Positions 22,032 to 31,965 of a DNA stretch of 64,000 bases are shown piece by piece. The stretch is from Nitrosopumilus sp. (GTDB lineage Archaea; Thermoproteota; Nitrososphaeria; Nitrososphaerales; Nitrosopumilaceae). The stretch is from positions 1,760,001-1,824,000 of the forward strand of contig OZ252243.1 of the NCBI GenBank assembly GCA_965249555.1. The letters are read 5' to 3'. Every line of letters begins with the position of its first letter. The stretch's first letter is position 1. The notes below the pieces were generated by a model, which saw only the letters and a list, made by a program, of their open reading frames with translations, did not search any database and had not been told where the DNA came from. The position numbers and the translations under genes are program-made.

Positions 22032-23028
22032 ATAGATTCAAGTTTAACACAGCTAATCTTTTATAATTTTCATCCAATAACTGTAAAGCTTTTTCTTCAT
22101 TTGTAGAATCTTTCACTTTGAATGCACCATAGCATAACAAAAGATATCCAAATTGTTTCCAATAAGGATCTATAAGGAAATTTTCTACCATAATAAATAA
22201 AGAATCAAAATCAAAACCCACATTATGATCTATTTTTGCAACTACTTTAGTACGGACAATAGATTCAAACTTGTTCATATCACGTAATTTGAAGTGTAAT
22301 TTGGAATGTGGCATGGGTGGCATTTGAAAAGATGATGTTTTCGTATTAGACACAATTTTTTTAGCAACATCTAAATCTGTTTCATAAACGTGAAAACTAC
22401 CGCTAAAATGATTATATTTCCCAAGTTCAAATTGGTCATATTTTGGTTTTAATCTGTTTTGAACATATTCCTGTAACATTGTAAAAATAAACAAGTCATA
22501 CGGAAGTACCTTAAGAGCATCTTGACTCCTCATATAGATGACAGATTGTACTTGATTTTGACGAATAAGATATTGTAAGTTCAAGGTACATGGAATTTCT
22601 TCATGAGGAAGACCATGTTGATCAAATTGAGGTAAATACACTGATGCCACAGCTCTGCGTTTTGATGGATCCTCATCCAAAACACGCAATATATGTTCCA
22701 TTTGATTAAGGTGTTGAATCCCAAAAAGCCTAGGTCCATATGCCCCAATCACTTTTATTCCATCTGAGGAATAATCTTTTGCCCTGGGAACATAATATTC
22801 AATTGCTTCTAAATTAAAATTACCTTGAGTTATCCATAAAAAATGTCCTATGCATTGAAAAATATTCAAAGGACAAGTTTCATCAAACAAAAGTCTATCG
22901 CGAGGATTTCGTAATTCAAATTTGTAGGAGACTAATTCTTTGATATTACGTTTAACATCTTTTCTTGTTACATTTTCACCATGGATGATTATGTCTGATA
23001 ACACATCTCTCCATTGTTTGTCCCACAA
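22003..23028 (-). CDS. Thymidylate-synthase-fold enzyme, predicted dCMP/CMP (hydroxy)methylase
   Basis: GAYGPR, SKRRAV, catalytic IPC, RSQD...LPYD (Asp at the E. coli ThyA Asn177 position), SFHVY. Start codon uncertain. Confidence 0.82.
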   Translation of the reverse strand: MWDKQWRDVLSDIIIHGENVTRKDVKRNIKELVSYKFELRNPRDRLLFDETCPLNIFQCIGHFLWITQGNFNLEAIEYYVPRAKDYSSDGIKVIGAYGPRLFGIQHLNQMEHILRVLDEDPSKRRAVASVYLPQFDQHGLPHEEIPCTLNLQYLIRQNQVQSVIYMRSQDALKVLPYDLFIFTMLQEYVQNRLKPKYDQFELGKYNHFSGSFHVYETDLDVAKKIVSNTKTSSFQMPPMPHSKLHFKLRDMNKFESIVRTKVVAKIDHNVGFDFDSLFIMVENFLIDPYWKQFGYLLLCYGAFKVKDSTNEEKALQLLDENYKRLAVLNLNLFKKKFQDIV

Positions 23029-23067
23029 ATATCATCACCAAATATCTAAATAATCATGAAATTATGA

Positions 23068-23571
23068 CTATTGGATTAGATTTAGTTTTACCAAGTCAAT
23101 TAGTATTTTGCGAACTAAAGATTCACTAAAATTTTTATATCCATAAGAGAGGTCTTGAAATAGATACCCTACAATTTCATCAAATTCTCTATCATGATAA
23201 TGTTCTTTTCGTATATAATATAATGATGCAGCAATTTCTAACCACTCTGTATCGTGTTTATATGGTTCTATTTTTTTTGCAAAATTAGCAATTTTTTCTT
23301 TGTTTAATCCTGTTTGTTCAGATGTAGATTCAACTTGCTGATCAATAATGCTATGGGCATCTTGAGAAACTTGTTTACAATATGGACCTCTAAGATACCA
23401 ATCAAATTCATAACCCAAATCAATACCAGATTCTTGTGCCAAGTAAGCAATTTTTTGAACTTTAAGCTTGTCATCAAATTCAGTCATTGAGATTTGTTTA
23501 TCAATTCCAGAGAAAAGCACTGCCAGTTTTTCCATATTTTCAGCCATTATTTCTGCCATAACCAAATTCAC
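23068..23571 (-). CDS. YwgA/SocA-like winged-helix protein
   Basis: VQKIAYLAQ...LGYEFDWYLRGPYC and LEIAASLYY patterns typical of YwgA/DUF4065-like proteins. Confidence 0.65.
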   Translation of the reverse strand: MNLVMAEIMAENMEKLAVLFSGIDKQISMTEFDDKLKVQKIAYLAQESGIDLGYEFDWYLRGPYCKQVSQDAHSIIDQQVESTSEQTGLNKEKIANFAKKIEPYKHDTEWLEIAASLYYIRKEHYHDREFDEIVGYLFQDLSYGYKNFSESLVRKILIDLVKLNLIQ

Positions 23572-24006
23572 TTAATTAAAGATTCGGTTGGACTAAGATT
23601 CATTATCTGATCGATTTTTGACAAAATTTTTACTTTTAGATCATCAAATGATACGTAATTAATGATGGAAATTCCTGGCATTCCCAATTACTATTTTGGA
23701 TAGTTTTCTTTCAGAATGGATACAAAATATTATTTTCCCTAAAGTATACGCATACATAATCTCAATACCTACACCAATACTAGGATTAGATACATCTGCG
23801 ATCATAATGTCACATGTTGAGATGGCATCAATATCTCTTCGATAGATTTCTTTAGAATCTAAATTAGGGTTAGGATCTTGCCATATGACCCATTTGGAAA
23901 CAATATCTAGATCTATTTCTTTTAACATCCCAACAAGTTTTTTAGCATATTCGATATCTCTATTGTGTATCAAAGGAGTTGATAAGTAAATTTTCACATT
24001 TTTCAT
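23568..24006 (-). CDS. Nucleoside 2-deoxyribosyltransferase / DNPH1(RCL)/MilB-like nucleotide N-glycosidase, C-terminal frameshift
   Basis: IYLS, RRDIDAISTCD, PSIGVGIE motifs. Deleting one C at 23683-85 restores ...IGMPGISIINYVSFDDLKVKI..., ending in a GTGA overlap with the next gene. Confidence 0.8.
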
Positions 24007-24118
24007 AAGAATTCATGAAATAAAAATTTACAAAATTTTGTTAATAACTTCCAACAAGATTGGATGCAAAATTAAACTTGCAGTACGTATATTTTGTAGA
24101 AGAATCAAATAAATTATT

Positions 24119-24661
24119 GTGAGAACGTTACCAGATCATGTTTTTCCAAACATGGATGTCCTATTTGTTGGGACAAATCCAGGTATTAAATCTGCAAGAA
24201 TAGGTCACTATTTTGCAGGAACAAGTAATATGTTTTGGAGACTTTTGTATGAATCAAAATTAACTGAAGAAAGATTGAGAACCGAATTTGATTTCAAAAT
24301 TACAAATTACGGTTACGGATTAACTGACGTAGTAAAACGTCCCACAAGATCTACATCAGAATTAAGAAAAGATGATGGAAGAGGTTCAAGAAAAAGACTT
24401 GATGGTATTGTTGAAGAAAACTCGCCAAAAGTGGTTGCTTTTGTTGGAAAAGCAGGTTTTAGATATTATCTAGGCGATAATACAATAGAACTTCAATATG
24501 GTAAACAAAATTTAGAAATAAACAAATCCAATGTGTATTTACTTCCATCCACTAGTGGTCAGAGTTTTGCAGACACAAAATATCATGAAAAGCTTCATTG
24601 GTATAGAACGTTAAAACGATACGTAAATAGATTTTTGAATTATTCTCAAATAACATCCTAA
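24119..24661 (+). CDS. mug: MUG/TDG-family G:U/T mismatch-specific DNA glycosylase
   Basis: LFVGTNPG with intact catalytic Asn, GHYFAG..NMFWRLL, GLTDVVKRPT, LPSTSG. Confidence 0.9.
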   Translation: MRTLPDHVFPNMDVLFVGTNPGIKSARIGHYFAGTSNMFWRLLYESKLTEERLRTEFDFKITNYGYGLTDVVKRPTRSTSELRKDDGRGSRKRLDGIVEENSPKVVAFVGKAGFRYYLGDNTIELQYGKQNLEINKSNVYLLPSTSGQSFADTKYHEKLHWYRTLKRYVNRFLNYSQITS

Positions 24662-24751
24662 ATTTGTCCATAAGGAGATCTCATCTATTGGTCAATTTCC
24701 TTTAATAATAGATACCTATAGTTAATATGAAATAATAATTGGTGATTGTCA

Positions 24752-24904
24752 ATGTCTGAAATTGTTGAACAAACAAAAATCATAACTGATGAAGAAGCAC
24801 AAAAAGTAAAAGAAAATTTTGCAAAACAAACTGATATAATCAAAGGAGATTGCTTTGAAGGATTACTGGATAACATTGACAAAACTAGAAATAAGCCAAA
24901 ATGA
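24752..24904 (+). CDS. Small hypothetical protein (50 aa, not in ORF track)
   Basis: MSEIVEQTKIITDEEAQKVKENFAKQTDIIKGDCFEGLLDNIDKTRNKPK, preceded by a GGTGA Shine-Dalgarno-like motif. Confidence 0.5.
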   Translation: MSEIVEQTKIITDEEAQKVKENFAKQTDIIKGDCFEGLLDNIDKTRNKPK

Positions 24905-25123
24905 TGATAGATGCCTTTTTGACTTAGATTATTGGTTTAAAGAATTAATTAATTTCGTTGTTAAAAAGTTCAAACTTTCAAAGAATATCATAGATTCAAA
25001 ACTTGATGAAAGACGGGGATTGTGTTTGTTGAAGAGCAACCATTCAATTTTTTCTTATAAAATTTCTATTAAAGACTAAATACTAAATCCCTCTCAATGA
25101 TATGGGTATGGAAGTGTTTGTGA

Positions 25124-25969
25124 ATGGAAATAATTGACAATTCTATAGTGGAACCTATTGAAATTCGAATGATTAGGCAATCTAAATTTCCAGTCAGATA
25201 TAAACTTCCCACAACTTCTCCCGAACTTGCAAATTTGAAATCTAGCATAAAAGAGCATGGATTACTACAACCTATTGTAATTAGGCCCATTGATCATGGA
25301 TTTGAGATAGTTGCAGGACATCGAAGATTCACCGCATGTAGATCACTGCATTGGAGATTCATCCCAAGTAAAATCAGGGATTTGTCTGATAAACAAGCAT
25401 ATGAAATTCAACTAACAGAGAACATTCAAAGAAAATCTATGGCACCTATAGAAGAAGCTGAAGCATATCAAAAATATGTTAATGAATTTGGTTGGGGTGG
25501 AGTAAGTGACCTTAGCCGAAAAATTGGAAAAAGTGAAGAGTATGTGTCTCATAGAATGCAGCTCTTAAAACTTTCAGATGATGTTAAAGAAAAGATAGTT
25601 CACAATGATTTGAGCGTAAGTCAGGCATTAGAACTAACTACTGTTGGCGCTTCACTGAAAAGTGAATTTGTAGATGAAATAGTAGACAACAAACTGACAG
25701 TAAAACAAATTAGAGTAATGAAAAAGAATGCTAAATCTGATCTATACAAACCAGTACCTAACAAAAATTCCAAGTCACTTAATTTGATAAAGAAAAGTAG
25801 TCTGGCACTAAAAATTACTCTCTCAAGAATTGATGACCTTATAGAAGACGCACATGGAATTCAACCAAAACAAAGAGTAGAATTGATAAAATTTTTGATG
25901 AGCCTCAGAATAAAGACTCATTCAATGATAGATGAAACTATCAAATTCAAAAAAGATTATTTAAAATAA
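25124..25969 (+). CDS. parB: ParB/Spo0J-family protein
   Basis: SIKEHGLLQPIVIRP, IVAGHRRF, ENIQRK and an HTH (LSRKIGKSEEYVSHRMQLL). Confidence 0.9.
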   Translation: MEIIDNSIVEPIEIRMIRQSKFPVRYKLPTTSPELANLKSSIKEHGLLQPIVIRPIDHGFEIVAGHRRFTACRSLHWRFIPSKIRDLSDKQAYEIQLTENIQRKSMAPIEEAEAYQKYVNEFGWGGVSDLSRKIGKSEEYVSHRMQLLKLSDDVKEKIVHNDLSVSQALELTTVGASLKSEFVDEIVDNKLTVKQIRVMKKNAKSDLYKPVPNKNSKSLNLIKKSSLALKITLSRIDDLIEDAHGIQPKQRVELIKFLMSLRIKTHSMIDETIKFKKDYLK

Positions 25970-25979
25970 TTTCTTTATC

Positions 25980-26519
25980 TTACAAACCAATAAATGGCGG
26001 TGTCCATTCTTTGAGAAATTTCTTGTATTCCTCTTCAGTATATGTCAGTGCATAAATTGATGCTTCTGTCTGTGGAACAAAGTCATAGATCTCATATACC
26101 TGAATAATATCTCCAAACAGATTTCGATAAATATCGTTTTCCTCATCTGCCATTTCATTTGACAAAAATGACTTGACTGTAATCCAATCGTATCTTCCTC
26201 GTGTTCTACCTGAAAACAAAACAAATGGTGCATCATTGAGATATTTTTTCAACCCATCTAGTCGTTTGGGAAGTGCTTGTGATGTTCTAAATGTAACAAG
26301 GTCTACACGTATGACTCTGTGTGGAATTTTCTTTGCATCTACAGTAATTGTATATCCTTTGATAATACCTTCTTCTTCAAGTTTTGATATTCTGGACTCT
26401 ATTTCTTCTTCTGTTAAATTGTAATTAAATCCCTTCAAAAAATCCCAAATCTCAAATACTTGTTGTTTTGAGTTTTGAGAAAGTGCTGAAATTATTAGCT
26501 CATCCACCTTGTCAATCAA
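25980..26519 (-). CDS. Lrp/AsnC-family transcriptional regulator
   Basis: IDKVDELIISALSQNS...RISKLEEEGIIKGYTI wHTH plus a RAM-like domain; divergent from the urea transporter. Confidence 0.8.
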   Translation of the reverse strand: MIDKVDELIISALSQNSKQQVFEIWDFLKGFNYNLTEEEIESRISKLEEEGIIKGYTITVDAKKIPHRVIRVDLVTFRTSQALPKRLDGLKKYLNDAPFVLFSGRTRGRYDWITVKSFLSNEMADEENDIYRNLFGDIIQVYEIYDFVPQTEASIYALTYTEEEYKKFLKEWTPPFIGL

Positions 26520-26635
26520 TGATAATAACTTTCAGATCAACTATATAACAAATTTACCTATTTGTTTGTTCAATACTGGAAAATATCTCACAATGCTAAT
26601 TCTATTTTAATACCTGTCTTTAGATCTTATCTGAC

Positions 26636-28945
26636 GTGAGTGCTGTTCTATCTGAAAATGTAGGCTATATCGTATTAATTGGAGTTGGATTGATTATGGC
26701 ATTATCAGTCACGCTAATGGTAAAGGCTGAAACAAAATGGCTTGGTACTAGAAAAACATCTGAATGGTTCTATACTGCAGGTCGTACCATCAAAACTGGA
26801 TTAATTGCATCATCTATTGTTTCTGCATGGACATGGGCTGCAACTCTTTTACAATCCTCTACTGTTACCTATGCGTTTGGATTAGGTGGTTCTTTTTGGT
26901 ATGCTGCAGGAGCATGTATTCAGGTAATCTTATTCGCAATTCTTGCAATTGAACTAAAAAGAAAGGCACCAATGACTCACACTTTTCCTGAAATGATCTA
27001 TGTTAGATTTGGAAAACATTCTCACAAAGTTTTCTTATTTTTTGCACTGATGACAAATACCATTGTAACTGCTATGCTTGTGCTAGGTGGAGCGGCAGTA
27101 ATCAATTCTCTTACTGGAGTAGATATTACACTAGCTACATTTCTAATCCCTGTTGGAATAGTTCTTTACACAATTTTTGGTGGTCTAAAGGCAACATTTT
27201 TTGCAGAATATCTTAATGCTGCTTTGATTTTTGTAGTGGTGCTAATCTTTGTAACTGTCATTTATTTTGCCACTCCTGAAATTGGTGGAATCTCTGGTAT
27301 GTATGAAAAATTAACTCAAGCATCCATTCTGAATCCTGTTGAAGGAAATGCATTTGGGACATATTTGACACTAGCGTCTGTGGGTGCTCTAATATTTGGC
27401 ATCATCAATATTGTGGGAAACTTTGGAACAGTATTTGTAGATCAATCTTATTGGCAGAGAGCAATTGCTTCAAGACCAAAGGCTGCAACTGGAGGATTTA
27501 TCTTGGGAGGTTTGGCTTGGTTTGCAATTCCATTCACTCTTGCTACTACACTTGGGTTGGCAGCAATATCTACTGGAGTAACTTTAACAGAAAACGAGAT
27601 TGGATTAGGATTGGTAGCCCCTACTGCAGCATCAAATCTGATGGGTGATTTTGGTGCTATTCTTCTTCTCACAATCATCTTTACAGCAGTGACTGCTGCT
27701 GGATCATCACAACTAGTCAGCGTTTCATCTCTTATTACTTATGATGTATTTCGCACGTATCTAAAACCCTCCTCGACAGGTCGTGAACTGATAAGAATTT
27801 CCAGATTTAGCATTCTTGGATTTGGAATAGGAATGGGATTGTTAGCATCGTTATTGTTTCATTCTGGATTTAGTTTACAGTATGTTTATCTTATGATGGG
27901 AGTTCTGATAGGTTCTGCAGTAGCTCCAATCTCCTTTGCTATTTTATGGAAAAAGACTAACAAGTACGCTGCAACTTCTGCAGCCATTATAGGACTTGTA
28001 TGTGGTGTTTTGTCATGGCTTTGGTCTGCTAATTCAATGTATGGTGAAATAACTCTTTCTTCAACAGGAAATCTTATTCCACTTTTGATTGGAAATGTTG
28101 TTTCAATTACCGTGAGCTTGGGAATTACACTTGTTGGTAGTATGATAAAACCTGCAAACTTTAATTTTGATATCATGAAACAAAAAATCCTTGTTGTAGA
28201 TGACAAGGTTCGCTCTATGTTAGAACGTGATACTGATGAAGAATTCCTTCTACGCTCTCTGAAATTCTGTAAAAGAGCTGGATTTTCAATCTCTGTCTTT
28301 CTTGTAATTGTGTGGCCTGCATCTTTTTACCTAACTGAATTTATCTTTGATGAACAATCATTTCATCTTTGGATTTGGCTTGCAATAGTTTGGGCATTTG
28401 GAGCAGCAGGAATCATAATCTTTTTGCCACTAATTGAGGCAAGAAAAAGTATCAGTGAAATTTTCCACAAAGCAACAATAGATTCTGACATGGTGGAACA
28501 TTCTGATTATTCTCTTTCTTCTAGAGATGATCCTCCTGTGATGAAAATTTTGGTGCCAGTAGATGGTTCTGCAAAATCATTAAAGGCACTTTACCATGCA
28601 AACTATCTTTTCAGAGGTGCTGCCAAAGTAAGGATCTACTTGTTACATGTAATAGAGTGGACTGATGAAAATGAAGAAAATATAGATGAAGAATTATCTG
28701 CCCAGATTCAAGAAGAAGGCAGATTGATTCTTCGAAGTGTTGTTCTGCCAAGACAGATCAATGACTACAAACGCATTGTCAAATTGGGAGATCCTTCTGA
28801 AAAAATTGTAGAACTTGCAGACAAACTCAAAATTGATATGATAATTATGGGCAAAAATGGTATAGGAAAATCCACTTCAGACTTGGGTCATGTTACACAA
28901 AAAGTACTCAAACTTACCTCAAAACCAGTGGTTCTTTTAGAATAG
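26636..28945 (+). CDS. dur3: DUR3-type urea active transporter (SSS family) fused to a C-terminal universal stress protein domain
   Basis: SAWTWAATLLQS, FWYAAGA, GNFGTVFVDQSYWQRAIA; C-terminal KILVPVDGS...IIMGKNG...LGHVTQKVLKLTSKPVVLL (USP). Confidence 0.9.
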   Translation: MSAVLSENVGYIVLIGVGLIMALSVTLMVKAETKWLGTRKTSEWFYTAGRTIKTGLIASSIVSAWTWAATLLQSSTVTYAFGLGGSFWYAAGACIQVILFAILAIELKRKAPMTHTFPEMIYVRFGKHSHKVFLFFALMTNTIVTAMLVLGGAAVINSLTGVDITLATFLIPVGIVLYTIFGGLKATFFAEYLNAALIFVVVLIFVTVIYFATPEIGGISGMYEKLTQASILNPVEGNAFGTYLTLASVGALIFGIINIVGNFGTVFVDQSYWQRAIASRPKAATGGFILGGLAWFAIPFTLATTLGLAAISTGVTLTENEIGLGLVAPTAASNLMGDFGAILLLTIIFTAVTAAGSSQLVSVSSLITYDVFRTYLKPSSTGRELIRISRFSILGFGIGMGLLASLLFHSGFSLQYVYLMMGVLIGSAVAPISFAILWKKTNKYAATSAAIIGLVCGVLSWLWSANSMYGEITLSSTGNLIPLLIGNVVSITVSLGITLVGSMIKPANFNFDIMKQKILVVDDKVRSMLERDTDEEFLLRSLKFCKRAGFSISVFLVIVWPASFYLTEFIFDEQSFHLWIWLAIVWAFGAAGIIIFLPLIEARKSISEIFHKATIDSDMVEHSDYSLSSRDDPPVMKILVPVDGSAKSLKALYHANYLFRGAAKVRIYLLHVIEWTDENEENIDEELSAQIQEEGRLILRSVVLPRQINDYKRIVKLGDPSEKIVELADKLKIDMIIMGKNGIGKSTSDLGHVTQKVLKLTSKPVVLLE

Positions 28946-28975
28946 GCATAAAATTTCTATGTTTTGATAAAAAGT

Positions 28976-29140
28976 TTAGATTTTTTTGGGCAAATTGTCT
29001 ATTATGGCCTCTATTGAAAATTCTTCGTATCTTTGAATAATGCTTTGATGTTTAGATGATTCCTCTAGTAATTCATCTTCAATAATCTCTATGATTGTAT
29101 TTTTTCTAATCTCACTGACAATATGAAAACAACAAATCAT
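28976..29140 (-). CDS. Possible small acidic protein (54 aa)
   Basis: MICCFHIVSEIRKNTIIEIIEDELLEESSKHQSIIQRYEEFSIEAIIDNLPKKI by manual translation; no other support. Confidence 0.3.
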   Translation of the reverse strand: MICCFHIVSEIRKNTIIEIIEDELLEESSKHQSIIQRYEEFSIEAIIDNLPKKI

Positions 29141-29271
29141 TATAATCTGATCAAAATTACTTTTCTCTCAATTGACTCTTTAGCAATTCCATATAATGTG
29201 TCAGGGTTTTTTTCATGTCTTTTACAAAATTATGATTGATTTTTAGCAACTCTGCAAAGTCCTAAGCAGAC

Positions 29272-29345
29272 TCATCATTACCTAATCCACGCCGGGTTTT
29301 TGTATGGTCATAAACAAATCATCATTAACTAATGTCGACGTCGAC
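29272..29345 (+). promoter_or_regulatory. Candidate operator upstream of the second urea transporter
   Basis: TCATCATTA(C/A)CTAAT at 29272-29286 and 29319-29333, followed by the perfect palindrome GTCGACGTCGAC (29334-29345). Confidence 0.4.
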
Positions 29346-29443
29346 TAGAATTTTATGAAATAACAGATCTTTGAATTTTCAATTGAGTACTTAAAGAACC
29401 AAAACTCTTCAATTGATAAGTAAATCTCAAAAGAATCATTTTC

Positions 29444-31447
29444 GTGGACAAGGCAAAATCACTCCCCTTCATTTTAACCATATTTTTTGTTTCCGTTGTA
29501 GCTTTTGCCGGAACCCAACAAACTGTTTTTGCAGCCGGTGCCGTTTCTGAAGGATTTGCAATAGGTGAAGCATTACCTGAATGGATTGGTTGGGCAATTG
29601 TTGTTGGTCTGGGTATGGTTTTTGCCGTAATTATTACAATTGAGGTAAAAATTGAAGAAAAATATCTTGGTCTTAGCCAGACCTCCGAGATGTTTAACAC
29701 CGCAGGTCGTACCATCAAAACGGGTCTTACTGCGGCTGCAATTGTTTCTGCTTGGACTTGGGCTGCGACATTGCTTCAATCCTCAACAGTAGCATACCAG
29801 TATGGAATTAGTGGTCCATTTTGGTATGCCGCAGGAGCATCAATTCAAGTTTTATTGTTTGGAATTTTAGCTATTGAATTAAAACGTAAAGCACCAAATG
29901 CACATACTTTCCTAGAAATAATTCGTGCAAGATATGGTAATGGTTCTCACAAAGTCTTCTTAATATTTGCATTAATGACTAACATGATTGTAACTGCCAT
30001 GCTTCTGCTTGGTGGTTCTGCAGTTGTCAACGGCTTGACTGGAATGGATATTTCCTTAGCTGCCTTTTTGATTCCTATCGGCGTGATGATTTACACCCTA
30101 GTTGGAGGATTAAAGGCAACTTTTGTTGCAGACTATATGCATACTATAATCATATTTATTACAATATTGACATTTGTTGCAGCCGTATACCTCAACACTG
30201 ACATTACTGGTGGTATTGAAGGAATGTACGACAAGCTAGTTGAAGCTGCAAAGTTGACTCCGGTTGAAGGAAATGCTGCAGGTGCATTCCTAACTATGGC
30301 ATCCATTGGTGGCTTGATGTTTGGTATCATCAACATTGTGGGAAACTTTGGTACTGTTTTTGTTGACCAAGCATATTGGCAGAGAGCCATAGCTGCCAAG
30401 CCATCATCTACTGTCAAAGGTTTCTTGCTTGGTGGTGCATGTTGGTTTGCAATTCCATTTACACTTGCTACTACGATGGGGCTGACGGCGGTGGCGCTTG
30501 ATGTAGACTTGACAGCTCAACAGGTTCAAATGGGATTGGTAGTTCCAGCTGCTGCAACTGCACTAATGGGTGAAATAGGAGCTATTATGGTACTTACAAT
30601 GTTATTCATGGCAGTTACTTCTGCAGGATCTGCAGAACTAATTGCAGTCTCATCGATAATCACTTATGATATTTACCGAACGTACAAGAATCCAAACGCC
30701 ACAGGCAAGCAGCTGGTCAAAGTATCCAGAGCGTCAATTGTGGGCTTTGGGATTGGCATGGGTGGTCTAGCTATCGTGCTATTACACATGGGATTGAGTC
30801 TTGGCTTTGTCTATCTAGCAATGGGCATTATTATTGGTGCAGCAGTAATTCCAATTGCACTGACGATACTTTGGAAGAGAACCAACAAAGTTGCCGCTAC
30901 CGCAGGTACCGTGATTGGATTTATTATTGCAGTAACTACTTGGGTAACTGTAGCCGCATCATTACCAGAATTTGGCGGTGAAATTACTCTTGCAAGTCTT
31001 GGTCACAACTACTCTATGCTGTTTGCAAACATTGCAGGAATCGTATCTGGTGGTTTAATCGCAATAATTGGAAGTCTTGCTACAAAGAGTACCTTTGATT
31101 GGAAGGATCTCAAAGACAAAATTACCCTAGTCGAAGTAAGTGCAGCAGAATCTGCTAAAATTACAGAAGATGAGGAGACTCTAAAAAAGGCATTCAAGTT
31201 TAGTGTTAGAGGTGGTGGACTCATGACATTTATACTAATTATTGCATGGCCAATGCCATTGATCGCAGCAAACTATGTCTTTGATATAATGTCTTATAGT
31301 ATTTGGGTTGGAATCTCTATACTTTGGGTGAGTATTGCAGCTGCCATCATTATATTCTTGCCAATCATTGAGGCAAAGAAAGGTATTGCTCAAGTGTTTG
31401 GTGGTAAAAAATCTACTTCGGAACAATTAGGGGAAGATGAGAAATGA
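29444..31447 (+). CDS. dur3: Second DUR3-type urea active transporter (SSS family)
   Basis: Same DUR3 signature motifs (SAWTWAATLLQSS, VFVDQAYWQRAIAA); extra N-terminal signal-like leader; no USP domain. Confidence 0.9.
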   Translation: MDKAKSLPFILTIFFVSVVAFAGTQQTVFAAGAVSEGFAIGEALPEWIGWAIVVGLGMVFAVIITIEVKIEEKYLGLSQTSEMFNTAGRTIKTGLTAAAIVSAWTWAATLLQSSTVAYQYGISGPFWYAAGASIQVLLFGILAIELKRKAPNAHTFLEIIRARYGNGSHKVFLIFALMTNMIVTAMLLLGGSAVVNGLTGMDISLAAFLIPIGVMIYTLVGGLKATFVADYMHTIIIFITILTFVAAVYLNTDITGGIEGMYDKLVEAAKLTPVEGNAAGAFLTMASIGGLMFGIINIVGNFGTVFVDQAYWQRAIAAKPSSTVKGFLLGGACWFAIPFTLATTMGLTAVALDVDLTAQQVQMGLVVPAAATALMGEIGAIMVLTMLFMAVTSAGSAELIAVSSIITYDIYRTYKNPNATGKQLVKVSRASIVGFGIGMGGLAIVLLHMGLSLGFVYLAMGIIIGAAVIPIALTILWKRTNKVAATAGTVIGFIIAVTTWVTVAASLPEFGGEITLASLGHNYSMLFANIAGIVSGGLIAIIGSLATKSTFDWKDLKDKITLVEVSAAESAKITEDEETLKKAFKFSVRGGGLMTFILIIAWPMPLIAANYVFDIMSYSIWVGISILWVSIAAAIIIFLPIIEAKKGIAQVFGGKKSTSEQLGEDEK

Positions 31448-31965
31448 CTTCTTGCACTGGCTGTAACATAACACTTGGTTGGAAAAAATACAACTTCCAA
31501 AAACAGTGGCGTATTCATGGATACTTTTGCAAAGACTGTATGAAGAAAATTGCTCAAGACTTTGATGATCATGCAAAAATCACACTTCCTAAAAGAACAT
31601 GTGATTCATGCAAACAGGAATTCTTTTTCTTAACTACAACTTGGAAAAACAAACAACGCCATCGCTGTTGTCACGTTTGCAAAGATCTTGATTTTACTGA
31701 ATCATCAAGAGATGTTTTTTTGCCTCCAGTTCCTCCCAGAGTGCCCATGATGATGGCAATCTTTGCATCTTTTGGCGTATTGTTGATGATTACAGGATTT
31801 GCATATGTTTTATTGGTAGCACCACAACAAGATTCTAACATACTGCATATTATCATAGGAAGCTCTATGACTGGTGCAGGATTTATGTTAGCAAGAAAGA
31901 TGGTCAAAGTTCGTAATCTTATCCTGGGAAAAACTTCTCAATCTACAACTGCAGAATTAAGATAA
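31444..31965 (+). CDS. Membrane protein with four CxxC pairs and two TM helices
   Basis: CTGC, CKDC, CDSC, CHVC; ATGA overlap with the transporter stop. Confidence 0.75.
   Translation: MTSCTGCNITLGWKKYNFQKQWRIHGYFCKDCMKKIAQDFDDHAKITLPKRTCDSCKQEFFFLTTTWKNKQRHRCCHVCKDLDFTESSRDVFLPPVPPRVPMMMAIFASFGVLLMITGFAYVLLVAPQQDSNILHIIIGSSMTGAGFMLARKMVKVRNLILGKTSQSTTAELR

Noticed and set aside
22003-23028. Housekeeping thyA
   Set aside because: It has Asp instead of the dUMP-specifying Asn, lies in the island, and ThyX is already present.
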